Of a stretch of 64,000 nt of DNA, positions 42,201 through 51,938 are shown one piece after another (position 1 is the first letter of the stretch; the number at the start of each line of letters is the position of its first letter). Source of the DNA: Piromyces finnis finn (Eukaryota; Fungi; Neocallimastigomycota); assembly GCA_002104945.1 (NCBI GenBank), contig MCFH01000018.1, positions 310,001 through 374,000 of the forward strand, given 5' to 3'. Position numbers and translations under genes: made by a program. The notes under the pieces are model-generated. The model made no database searches and was not told the origin of the DNA. It saw nothing but the letters and a program-made list of their open reading frames with translations.

Positions 42201-43302
42201 TATGGATGGAATACAATACTACAAGAGTAATGGGAAACTAAGAAGAATTATAGATGATGACGAAGAAAAATTCAGACTAATTGAAGCCGCTCATTCTATC
42301 GGACATGAAGGTATATACAAGACCTATCATAGGCTAAAGAAGGAATTTTATTGGAAGGGCATGAATAACGATATAAAAATTTATATTAAGTGTTGTCCAA
42401 GATGCCAACAATTCAAGCCACAGAAATCTAACCTTTTTGTTGAAAGCATACCTACAAAGCCAGGCTTACCATTTTCAAGAGTAGGTCTTGATCTGGTAGG
42501 TCCGTTGCCAATAACAAATAAAGGCAATAAATACATCATTGTCCTAGTGGACTATTTAACTAAATGGGTGGAGGCTGAGGCTTTGGAGAATATAGAATCC
42601 GATGATGTTATTGACTTTTTGAAGAGGGTATTTTCTCGCCATGGTATTCCAGAGGTTCTAGTAACAGACAATGGGCCTCAATTTAGATCTGATAAGACGA
42701 AGGCATTCCTGGATTTACATGACGTGTACGTCCAATACGTATCGACATACCACCCTGCATCTAATGGAGAAGTGGAAAACCGGAATAAGGAGATAATCAA
42801 ATATCTGAAACTATTAGGTAATGAAGAAGATGAATGGGATGAAATACTGCCTAGTGCATTATGGGCTCTTAGAACTTGTAAAAACGAAATTACAAAGTTC
42901 AGCAGCTTTGAACTACTATATGGACGCAAAGATCTACAACCCTTCGAACTATCTTTGATGAAAGACAGGAATAAGTATGAGAACGAAGAGGAATATTGGA
43001 TACAGAAGTTCGTGAGACATCATAAGTGGATACAAGAAGCCATCGATAATATTGAAACAGCCAATAAATTATGGAGTGACCGGAGACGACAGAGTAAACG
43101 AATGAGAGCCGCATATAAACCTGGAGATTTAGTATTAGTTAAAGTATTCAATAGAAGGAAACTGGACCCTTATTTTACTGGACCCTTAAAAATCATAAAG
43201 AAAGAATTTAATACAGTTACAGTTTGTGATCCTATTTCAGGGGAAATTGCAGAACGGAATATTCACTTAAAGAATATAATTCCATATTTTTCTGAATTGT
43301 AA
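39220..43302 (+). CDS. pol: Element B Pol (PR-RT-RNaseH-IN), reached by -1 frameshift
   Basis: T TTA AAC (39220-39226) + stem ctgggag/ctcccag. The -1 frame is open into track ORF 39274-43302. LDSCAS; YIDD; RTDASRNG; HHCC; LDLVGP / TDNGPQF / NGEVENRN; YFTGP tail with no chromodomain. Confidence 0.9.
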   Translation, partial: FKLNSGRRTTPSKQTNLSVVQPTVDKTIINTNTSNNNYREPSSITLVATKKSKDTNSKAKNAHKETTSQIKRMHENKLQRNPMPIKTAAMKYNEQLDKRRNYINNNDKEMNLDTSEIITIDSDGKSTKDENKLIETIGKEEMEEELDDINEELGKNDKSKATTPKENRKLNKVEKLEHLDVSYLNDKRIENVKKKNREERNAEMKKQERKEIDKINPNPPQEQILNIEKHIRLMDGFEEFKVDDLVKEVASTEVVTKLVNLLDLFPKFRTAFAQKLKLTPKFKNAVTNAVTLLGEHKVVKVRGKVEDVEAEIFLDSCASVNMITKSALRKFRIHKQPVGNITETIFQAYSNTSSNTDIYKLKITIGEKTFTEIFRVIEKDDIFDILIGIDSLKRNRFSLNFVDDNLYYIDKNNSPMKIADLHYDVNLQESKGEDSEEETIEETPMLITVAMSTQNEGKEGTLETKENIINNIVNKIPKDIRDVVRKLFDKFNHVIAVKTDDLSRTKLLPHRIRLKPNSFPFKQRAYRLSKVQADALKEELTKLIKNKLIEPSHSSWSSPVVLVPKKNGKYRMCVDYRRLNECTIKDSYALPLIDDILCYVGKKAVLTTMDLFSGYHQVPMYPEDEDLTCFTTIYGNYNFKVMPFGLCNAPATFQREMNRIFFDLIGKCVFIYIDDLIVFSNTMEEHIRDLSKVFKILRENGLRINIEKCHFFQEEVELLGHVLSKEGIKPIPGKTQVIMNWLPPKNVSQLRSFLGAVSYYRKFIDKFAQYAKPLFKLLKKDEEFKWSPEANNSFEILKLRLIEAPILMPPDFDKPFKIRTDASRNGIGGVILQIDEDGMEKPLHFVSRTLNKSEENYSVTDLEGTAAYYCSRKFKHYIVGNTLETELITDHKPLVGLINNSEPTNNRHLKWVTTFSILKIKVLYEEGKKNVIADALSRLTSKEESQLAPRPSHNKQTINVIVENNSNTTTNNKISENNNQYKNINDFINRKLITMDGIQYYKSNGKLRRIIDDDEEKFRLIEAAHSIGHEGIYKTYHRLKKEFYWKGMNNDIKIYIKCCPRCQQFKPQKSNLFVESIPTKPGLPFSRVGLDLVGPLPITNKGNKYIIVLVDYLTKWVEAEALENIESDDVIDFLKRVFSRHGIPEVLVTDNGPQFRSDKTKAFLDLHDVYVQYVSTYHPASNGEVENRNKEIIKYLKLLGNEEDEWDEILPSALWALRTCKNEITKFSSFELLYGRKDLQPFELSLMKDRNKYENEEEYWIQKFVRHHKWIQEAIDNIETANKLWSDRRRQSKRMRAAYKPGDLVLVKVFNRRKLDPYFTGPLKIIKKEFNTVTVCDPISGEIAERNIHLKNIIPYFSEL

Positions 43303-45221
43303 TAAAAAAAAAAAAATATTTAAAATTGGACTTCAAGGGACGAAGTCCAAACTAAGGCGGGATGTCTTGGTACACCACATTCAGAAAAATGCAATAAATC
43401 CATATATTTGGTAAATGAAATAACCCTTATAATATATATGGATTTAAATATTTTTATTTAATAAATTTATATAACGATAGTAATAATAAGAATGGTAAAT
43501 TAAATTAATAACTTATAAATAATTTATTAAAGTAAAATAAACTTTTTATAATTTAATATAAGGATGATAAAAATATAATTATATAAGGAAGAGAAAGACG
43601 CGTATATATATAAAAAAAAGAAAAGAAGAGTTTTTAGTTTTTAGTTAGTTTTAGTTAGTTTATATTAGTTATATTATAAATAAAATAAAGATAAGGTGAT
43701 AATAATAGAAGAATAAATAATATTATTGTTAGATTTAGTGAAGGAATTAATAATAATATTAGTTTATTTTCTAAGATTATACCTATTTTTAAAACAAATG
43801 ATAATATAAAATAATAATAAATAATACTTATAAATAATAAAGCTTGTAATAAAAATAATAAAATAATAAACAAAATAATAAAATAATATATAATCAAAAA
43901 ATATTCATCTAGAATATAAATTTGTTATTTATAACTGTTGTAGTGTCCCAAACAATAAAGAAAAAGGTACTTATAATAAAATTCTGTACCATTTCTGATA
44001 CAAGATGCATAGAAAAATATAATATTTTAAATATTTTATGAATAATGTCAAGAGTTAGAGTGGATTTAGAACTATAATTAAGTCTACTAGGTTAGGATAG
44101 GCTTAATTATATAGTAAATAATAAATTTTTATAAATAAAAGAGTAATAAATATAGTTTTTTTAAGAAATATTTTATTTAATTTTTATAATATAAGTAAAT
44201 GATAATTATTAATTTTAAATATTGAATTTACTATATAAAAATGAGTATAATAATCTCACAAAGAACTTCTTAAAGTTGTTCTTTGTTCAACTTATTTATA
44301 CTTCATTTTTAATATAATGTTGATATTAATAAAGTATAATAATAATATAATTTAAGTTATACATGTATAATAATATAAATATAAATATTAATAAGATATA
44401 ATAATAATAATAATATAATTTTCTTTAAATATCGATATTAATAAGTTGTTAAAAATAATATTAATAATTATTTAAATGAATCTTATTTTACTAATTGGTT
44501 TGTTTAATATTAATTAATTGTTACACTATTTATCTCCGGATAATAAATAGCTTTCCAATTAATATTTATATTAAATAAACTATTATTAGTAAAATATTAT
44601 TAAATTAATATTTTAATTAATTTAACTAATAATTCAAAATTATGAAATTTCATGAAATGTCAAATTTCATGAATTGTGATTTTGACAAATAATATCTAAT
44701 CCTTTTATAAATTGTATATCAATTACTAATGATAATAATAATTAAACTATATTAGTATAAATTATTATGACGCAAATGTTACACATACATTAGAATAATT
44801 AGTTACACAAGAAAGGAAAAGATATAAAAGAGAGTGTTAAAGCAGAAGATATCAAGAGAGAGAACTTTTCATTTATAAATAATATTTGATATTTTAGTTT
44901 TAAGTATTAGTTTTATTTTATTTTATTTTTATATTAATAGTTTTAGTTTAAGTTAGTTTTAGGTTAATAATTACGTATTTAGTATTTATTATATTTCCTT
45001 CAGTTTAAATATTAGTTATAAAAGAAAAGAATATTTATTGTTTATTTTTACTATTTCAGAAAAGTTATATTTTATCATTAATAATACTTTCATCAACATA
45101 TTTTTATATTTACACATTATATTTAACTATTTATATTTATTCAATAATAACTTTCGATCCTATTAGTATTGAATGTTATTAATGTTATAATCATAATAAT
45201 AATAATAATTAAATAAAGAAT

Positions 45222-45780
45222 TTTTTTTTTTTTTTTTTTTTTTTTAACTTCCGAGTGCATTTCTCCCATCGATCAGAGTTAGCTCCAATGGTGGTTCTTA
45301 GAGAAACGTTGGCTCATTCCTATTGCTAGGTGGTTGTGACCCTCCTGGTCTGTCATACTGTTTCTTCAGCTTCGACGCTCACTTAATCCATGTACATTAG
45401 ATGCATGTCGTTGTACGATATTTCACAACTACAATGCTAAGCCTCTTATAGTCAATTTGATCACGTGTCAACCGCCCCCTAATGTTTACACTTAAATTGA
45501 TTAAGGAATATTATGTGTTTTTGGCATAGCCTAAGTCACCACTTATTAAGTTCTAATTTGGAATGTACCATGTACACTAGACCCTCTCAGGCCGGCTAGA
45601 CGAGTGTTATTATCATAGTAGTAAATTAGAAAGTTCATTTATACTTACCTGAATATCATAACCCAACCCATGGCAAACCCAGTGGGAAAATCCACAGGCA
45701 CTGACATCTGCGGGGTCGAACCAGAAGCCTTATGTATGCTAAGGAAACGCCTTAACAACCAGGATAAAAACTGGAACGAC
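45222..45780 (-). mobile_element. tRNA-Ala(AGC)-derived SINE with poly(A) tail and 12-bp TSD TAAATAAAGAAT
   Basis: Minus-strand head TATCCTGGTTGTTAAGGCGTTTCC-TTAGCAT-ACATAAGGCTTCT-GGTTCGACCCC; T25 on the plus strand at 45221-45245. Left TSD 45210-45221. The right TSD is reconstituted across element E (45781-45787 + 52826-52830). Confidence 0.8.
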
Positions 45781-47061
45781 TAAATAATGTTAAGGAATGA
45801 ACATAAATAGTTGAATTAGCTAGAATTTTAGGAATTAACCTTCAACTATTTATATTCCTTACTAGTGTTTAACTCTATTTTTAAAATATAAAAATTATAA
45901 TATATAATTTTTATACATTTTTCTAGTAATTATTCATATTTTTATTATATAGTTATATTATTTGTATATAGTTATTTAAGACCTTTATTATTAGTATTAG
46001 TATAATTACTTATAATATTTTATACTTATAAATTTTACAAAATTTTATTATTAAAATAGTTATAGGAATTTTATTATTATTTAAGGTTTATTTTATTAAT
46101 TAACTTTATTGTATAATATTTTATAATTTGAAATTATGACATAGAATTTAATTATAATTTTTACTAAAAGAGGCAACTGTTACACACAAAACAGAAGATA
46201 CCTCGACAGAAAAATTATTATTTATGTCTAAAAAAGGGCATAATTAATTGAATAATATAATTTTATTATATGTCATAATTAAATATATAATATATGATAT
46301 GCAAAAATGTTACACATATCATAAATTAAAATTTTATTAATTATAAATTAAAAATTTTTCTATTCAAATATTAAGAGATTATTCATAATATATATTAAGG
46401 ATTTAATTAATATATGTTACAGTGAATGATCCATATATTATGAATGAAATCAATTTAAATCCTTAGCTATCCAAAACCATTAAATTTCAAATAATGGATA
46501 GTTGGAAAAAGTACGAGGATTTTTGAGAAAATTTTTAAAAACTGAAAAATCAAAAAATAAATTAAATGAATAAAAATTAAAATTAAATAAATTTTTATTT
46601 TTATAACTATTCAAGTGTTTTGTGATATCTTATTTGAACCGTAGCATAATTAATGGTGGAGATATCGGGGATAATAATAACATATTGATATCACACTACA
46701 TTTTTATAGTTACTTTTATAATTGTTTTTGTATTATTATTTAATTAAAATAGTTAATAATTCAAAAGAGGGTTATACTAGTATAATAAAAAGTTATATAC
46801 TTCAAGGCACAAATTAAAATAGTTAATAGAGAGAAATTAATATTGTTAATTGGTGCAGTTAAGGAAGTATTTTATATTGGTATTACTAGTTTAACTAAAG
46901 AGAATAATTATTAGTGTTGTTAATTAAATATATTTCAAATATTGTTGTAATTCATTCTTTTAAATTCTTATAAAAGAAAATTATTTTTTTTTAAACTTGT
47001 TTCATTCTTTAATATTATTGTAAAATTGTATTTTTATCTTTATTTAAAACTTGTATATAAA

Positions 47062-47970
47062 ATGAGTACGGGAGCTGATAAATCTATTGACTTTGCTAAA
47101 TTAATGAAGGAATTAAAGCATGTCACTAGATTAACCGAAGATAATTTGGACATTAAGACTTGGTATAGTCAATTAAAGTATTGGACTATGCTTCAAGATG
47201 TTAAAAGTCCAAAAATGGTGTTTCTAGCTTGTTTGTTTACTACTACAGGAACACCAAATGAACTTATTCAAGAGTTGAATCCTAATAAGGACTTCGAAAG
47301 TGATGAAGACAGTGAAGATAGTGATGAAGAAGATGAAGGTAGAGGAAAGAGAAGAGCTCACTACCCTTCCCTTAAAAAGATAGTCACTATGTTAGAAGAA
47401 TTTTATGGAGTAAAGGAAGATCAAATAGAACTTCTCAAGGAGCTTAGGGATATGCGAATCAAAAAGAATGAAAAAGTAAAAGACTTCAACATAAGGTACC
47501 GTTCCTTGTATGTCAAACTAGACAAGAAGCGTAGAAGGAAAGTAGATGTTGAAGATTACTTAGATTCCATTGAGCCTAACTATAAAGCCTGGGAAAATGT
47601 GCGTAGGGAAAAAGAAGTTACCTTAGCAGAAGCCTACAAGCTTGCCGAAGATGGGGACAGACTAAATTTAAGAAATCGTCATAAAGCTAACAATTATGAT
47701 GTATCCACCTCTTCTAACTCTGATAAAAGATATAAAAATAAATATGAAAGAAAAGAAGATAGCTATGAAAGGAACAAGAAGCCAACAATAGCGAATTATG
47801 GTAATGATAAGAAAGATCCTATGAATGAGTTGACGGAGAAAATGAGAAACTTAACTATCAAAACTTGCTACTTTTGCAACGAGAAGGGACACTTTCAATA
47901 TCATTGTCCTAAGCTGAGTGCCATAGTAGAAGAAAACAAACAAAAGGCCAGAAAAGGTCATTTAAATTAG
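47062..47970 (+). CDS. gag: Element E Gag with CCHC zinc knuckle
   Basis: First ATG 47062; CYFCNEKGHFQYHC. HYPSLKKI resembles HYPSLKEI in B Gag. Confidence 0.9.
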   Translation: MSTGADKSIDFAKLMKELKHVTRLTEDNLDIKTWYSQLKYWTMLQDVKSPKMVFLACLFTTTGTPNELIQELNPNKDFESDEDSEDSDEEDEGRGKRRAHYPSLKKIVTMLEEFYGVKEDQIELLKELRDMRIKKNEKVKDFNIRYRSLYVKLDKKRRRKVDVEDYLDSIEPNYKAWENVRREKEVTLAEAYKLAEDGDRLNLRNRHKANNYDVSTSSNSDKRYKNKYERKEDSYERNKKPTIANYGNDKKDPMNELTEKMRNLTIKTCYFCNEKGHFQYHCPKLSAIVEENKQKARKGHLN

Positions 47971-50900
47971 ATAGTGGGAGAAGAAGCACTCCCAGTAATC
48001 CAAAAATAGCTTCACTTAATAACAGTTCAGTTGATAATAATGAGTACTCTGAATATTCTGAGTATTCTGACTTATCAGATAATGAAGAAATATCTTCTAT
48101 TGAAGATAAAATTATTGCTGCAGCTAAAAGAAAAGCTAATGATGAAGAAGACTCTTCCAAGAAAAGAGTACAAAAATCATTAAAAGAAGACCCAAGACCA
48201 ATAGTTACCCCTGCTACTAGGAAGCAACAAGAACGTGAACTCAGTAATGAGAGTTTAGAATCAGGTTCACCATCACAACCCAAGAACCAACTTGACACGT
48301 CTGTTCTGAGTCAACCTAATATTAACAAGGAAAAAGAAAAAAGTAAAAGACTCAGAGAAAAACAAAGAAGTAAACCACCAACCCCCATAAATAAAGACGA
48401 AAGAGAAGAAAACGAAGATATGGAGGTCAGTATTGATACGGAAGATAAAGTAGAAGTAGAAAAAGCTAAAAAGAAAAATACAGATATTCTACCGACGTTA
48501 TTGAAAATGACTAAAGATAAAGAAAAAGATAAAACTAAAGAGGAGAAAGTCACACGTAATATCCAAATGAGAGGTGATACCAGTGATTATGATATTTTTG
48601 AAGATTTAAACACAGCTAAATGTGATATTACTTATGGACAGTTATTTAATGTATGCCCAAAAATAAGAACACAACTTTCCCAAGGACTAAAGTTAGAGAA
48701 AGTACAAAGCAAGGTATCAGGTGCATTAAATAACATAGTAGCTACTACAACCTTATTAAATAATATCTACCATGACTATATAAGTAAGAATAATGAAGCT
48801 TCAGAAGAGGATATAGCAATGGTGGATGCGACTGTGGATGGAATACCAGGAAAACTACTGGTGGATACGTGTAGTAACTTAAATGTTATTACATCTTCTT
48901 TTTACAAAAGACTACCAAAGGAATATGAAGTGGTAGGAATAAGCAAAGGACGTATTCGACTAGCTACTACTGATGAAGAATACTCTGAGGGTACTGTGGT
49001 GCGTATACCAGTTAGAATAGGAGAGGTAGAACTAGTGGTTGACTTCAGAATACTTGAAAAAGAAGAACCGTTCTATGATATGTTAATAAATTATAAAACT
49101 CAAGTAGATAATTTATTATATATAAATCCAGTAACCAAGAGCTTATGTCAAGTGAAAGAAAGAGGTGTAGTAGAAGAAATAGTACCTATCAATAACCAAT
49201 ATTATAATGAAGGAAAATTGGTATGTACTATTAAGAAGATACCAGATGGAGATACTAAAAGCTTGAAGTCTATTGAAGGTTTACCACCTCAGGAGTATAT
49301 ACACAATGAGATATTCTTGAACACCTTACCAAAAGATAAACGGAAAGAAATACTCCGACTTTTGGAAGAAAACTTAGAGATTATTGCGACGTCTTCTGAG
49401 GAATTAACGCCTTCTAAATTATCACCACATAAAATAAATCTAAAGGCTGGTGTAAAACCAGTTAAACAAAGAGCTTATAGGTTAACTAAATTTAAATCAG
49501 ATATACTAAAAGAAGAGTTAACTAAGCTAATAGAAAAAAAGTTAATAGAGCCGTCCTATTCAGAATGGTCCTCCCCTGTAGTTCTGGTTCCAAAACATAA
49601 TGGTAAGTGGAGAATGTGTGTGGACTATAGGAGAGTGAACGACCTCACGGAAAAGGACTCTTATTCACTCCCCTATATTGATGAAATATTTGATAGTCTG
49701 AACGGAGCCAAAATATTCACTACTATGGACTTATATTCAGGTTATCATCAAATTTCTATGCATGAGGAAAGCACTGAGGTTACTAGTTTTACTACCAAGT
49801 TTGGTAACTATCAGTTAAAGGTCATGCCGTTTGGGTTAACTAATGCACCAGCAACTTTTCAGAGGGAAATGAATAAGATATTATTTCCTTTAATAGGAAA
49901 TTGTGTATATAATTTTATTGATGATGTACTCATATATTCCAAGAGTGTGGAAGAACACATGGAACATATTAAGAGAGTATTTGAAATATTGAAAGAAAAT
50001 GAATTAAAAATAAATCTTGAGAAATGTAGTTTTATGAAGGAAGAAGTAAATGTATTAGGTCACAGGTTATCTACTAAAGGTTTGAGTCCTTTGGAAAGTA
50101 AAATAGAAGCCATAAGGAAGTGGGAAGCTCCAGGAAATATTCATGAGTTACGTTCATTTTTGGGTGCAGTAGGATATTATCGAAATTTTATTCCTAATTA
50201 TTCTCAAGTAACCGCGCCCTTATGTGAGTTATTAAAGAAAAATGTACGATATAAATGGGAAGAAAAACATGAAAAAGCATTTAAAGTATTAAAAGAAAAA
50301 CTGATAAACGCTCCCATTTTAAAGTTTCCTGAATTTGATAAGCCTTTTATCATACGTACGGACGCGTCGTATGAAGGAGTGGGTGGTGTTTTATTACAAG
50401 AAGATGAAACTAACAAAATAGAACACCCTGTACATTATATTAGTCGAAGTCTTAGTAAAGCGGAGAAGAACTATGGAATAACAGAGTTAGAAGGTGCTGC
50501 GTTATTCTTTTGCGTGAGTAAGTTAAAACCTTATATTTTAGGAAACCCGTACACTACTATGGTTTATACGGACCATAAACCACTTTTGGGTTTATTTAAA
50601 AATAAGGAACCAAATAGTGCACGTCACAACAGATGGTGTCTTACAGTAAGTCAGTTGGATATTGATATTCAATATGATAAAGGAAAGAATAATGTTATAG
50701 CTGATGCATTATCAAGAATGAAGAATAAAGAGGAGAAAAAGATACTGGTAACAAAAATTAATAAAACTAATAATGAAGAGTTATTAACCAAAGTTATTAA
50801 GGAGTTTATAGCTGAAAAATTTACTACCATAGATGGGAAGGACTATTTCGTAGATGGTAATAACTTACGTCAGCTAATATCTACTGTAGAAGAAAAAGTA

Positions 50901-51938
50901 AAGTTAATATTTCAAGCACATAACGTAGGTCATGAAGGTTATTATAAGACTTATCAAAGGTTAAAGAAAAATTATTATTGGAATGATATGATAGCGGATA
51001 TTAAAAGAATTATTAGCAAGTGTGAGAAGTGTCAAGTAAATAGACCACAACCTTATCCAGAACCAACTGAGGACAAAGCTACTAAAGTGGAAGGACCATT
51101 TGTACATCTAGGTTTGGATATTATTGGGCCATTACCTAAGACAAGAAATAGTAAACAATATATAATAGTCATAGTTGACTATTTTACTAAATGGGTAGAA
51201 GCCGAAGCGGTGGAAACTGTTACTTCTCTGGACGTGATAAAGTTTTTAATAAATGTGTTTGCAAGACATGGGGTACCACAAGTTATTACTACAGATAATG
51301 GAACTCAATTTACCTCAGATATGACAAAGATATTTCTAGACCTATATGACGTATATGTGAAGTTCACAGTTCCCTACCACCCTGAAAGTAATGGATTAAC
51401 AGAAAACCGAAATAAGGAAATTGGGAAACTTTTAAGACTTTTAGGGAAAGAAAGTAAAGACTGGGATGAAGTTCTACCTTCCGCGCTTTGGGCCTTAAGA
51501 ACTACAAAGAATACGGCTACGAAACATTCAAGTTTTGAGCTAGTTTATGGTAGGGAAGACCAACAACCTTTTGATATAGCTGCCCGACCCACTAAAGATC
51601 AAAACAAGAGTTCCGATGAAATTCTTTTGGAAAAGTTTATAAATCACTACCGATGGACCCTAGAAGCTGCTGAAAATGTAAAGACGGCTAATAAATATTG
51701 GTCTATGAGAAGAGAAGAAAAATTAAGTATGAACCAAGCTAAGAAAATAAAAGTAGGTGACCTAGTTTTGGTAAGAAACTTCAGTAGAACAAAATTGGAA
51801 CCTTACTTTGTAGGACCTCTCAAAGTGGTCCAGAAACAGTTCAATACAGTAGTCTTAGCAGACCCAGAAACTGGAGTACTAATGAACAGAAATGTACATT
51901 TCAAAAATGTCGTTAAATATAACTCAGCAACGGAGTAG
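47961..51938 (+). CDS. pol: Element E Pol (PR-RT-RNaseH-IN), reached by -1 frameshift
   Basis: T TTA AAT (47961-47967) + stem tgggag/ctccca. The -1 frame is open into track ORF 48420-51938. VDTCSN; FIDD; RTDASYEG; HHCC; LDIIGP / TDNGTQF / NGLTENRN. Confidence 0.9.
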   Translation, partial: FKLDSGRRSTPSNPKIASLNNSSVDNNEYSEYSEYSDLSDNEEISSIEDKIIAAAKRKANDEEDSSKKRVQKSLKEDPRPIVTPATRKQQERELSNESLESGSPSQPKNQLDTSVLSQPNINKEKEKSKRLREKQRSKPPTPINKDEREENEDMEVSIDTEDKVEVEKAKKKNTDILPTLLKMTKDKEKDKTKEEKVTRNIQMRGDTSDYDIFEDLNTAKCDITYGQLFNVCPKIRTQLSQGLKLEKVQSKVSGALNNIVATTTLLNNIYHDYISKNNEASEEDIAMVDATVDGIPGKLLVDTCSNLNVITSSFYKRLPKEYEVVGISKGRIRLATTDEEYSEGTVVRIPVRIGEVELVVDFRILEKEEPFYDMLINYKTQVDNLLYINPVTKSLCQVKERGVVEEIVPINNQYYNEGKLVCTIKKIPDGDTKSLKSIEGLPPQEYIHNEIFLNTLPKDKRKEILRLLEENLEIIATSSEELTPSKLSPHKINLKAGVKPVKQRAYRLTKFKSDILKEELTKLIEKKLIEPSYSEWSSPVVLVPKHNGKWRMCVDYRRVNDLTEKDSYSLPYIDEIFDSLNGAKIFTTMDLYSGYHQISMHEESTEVTSFTTKFGNYQLKVMPFGLTNAPATFQREMNKILFPLIGNCVYNFIDDVLIYSKSVEEHMEHIKRVFEILKENELKINLEKCSFMKEEVNVLGHRLSTKGLSPLESKIEAIRKWEAPGNIHELRSFLGAVGYYRNFIPNYSQVTAPLCELLKKNVRYKWEEKHEKAFKVLKEKLINAPILKFPEFDKPFIIRTDASYEGVGGVLLQEDETNKIEHPVHYISRSLSKAEKNYGITELEGAALFFCVSKLKPYILGNPYTTMVYTDHKPLLGLFKNKEPNSARHNRWCLTVSQLDIDIQYDKGKNNVIADALSRMKNKEEKKILVTKINKTNNEELLTKVIKEFIAEKFTTIDGKDYFVDGNNLRQLISTVEEKVKLIFQAHNVGHEGYYKTYQRLKKNYYWNDMIADIKRIISKCEKCQVNRPQPYPEPTEDKATKVEGPFVHLGLDIIGPLPKTRNSKQYIIVIVDYFTKWVEAEAVETVTSLDVIKFLINVFARHGVPQVITTDNGTQFTSDMTKIFLDLYDVYVKFTVPYHPESNGLTENRNKEIGKLLRLLGKESKDWDEVLPSALWALRTTKNTATKHSSFELVYGREDQQPFDIAARPTKDQNKSSDEILLEKFINHYRWTLEAAENVKTANKYWSMRREEKLSMNQAKKIKVGDLVLVRNFSRTKLEPYFVGPLKVVQKQFNTVVLADPETGVLMNRNVHFKNVVKYNSATE

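Larger units (their letters stand above)
31552..43991 (+). mobile_element. Element B: full-length Ty3/gypsy LTR retrotransposon without chromodomain, interrupted by element C; LTRs 31552-32175 and 43368-43991; TSD TTTC
   Basis: 624-bp TGGTAC...GTACCA LTRs with one visible substitution. PBS TGGTGGAGAATCCGGGC at 32182; PPT AAGGCGGGA before 43368; TTTC at 31548-31551 and 43992-43995. Confidence 0.95.

Noticed and set aside
45246-45420. Hammerhead ribozyme in the SINE tail (CTGAAGA ... GAAA on the minus strand)
   Set aside because: I could not build stems I-III around the core, and the spacing is too long. An Infernal search would settle it.
45700-45775. Functional tRNA-Ala gene
   Set aside because: The anticodon and acceptor stems do not pair. 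It is attached to a body, poly(A) tail and TSD, so it is a SINE head.
33580-50416. Many 60-150 aa ORFs overlapping gag/pol genes
   Set aside because: They are off-frame or antisense to strongly supported retroelement ORFs and have no recognisable motifs.
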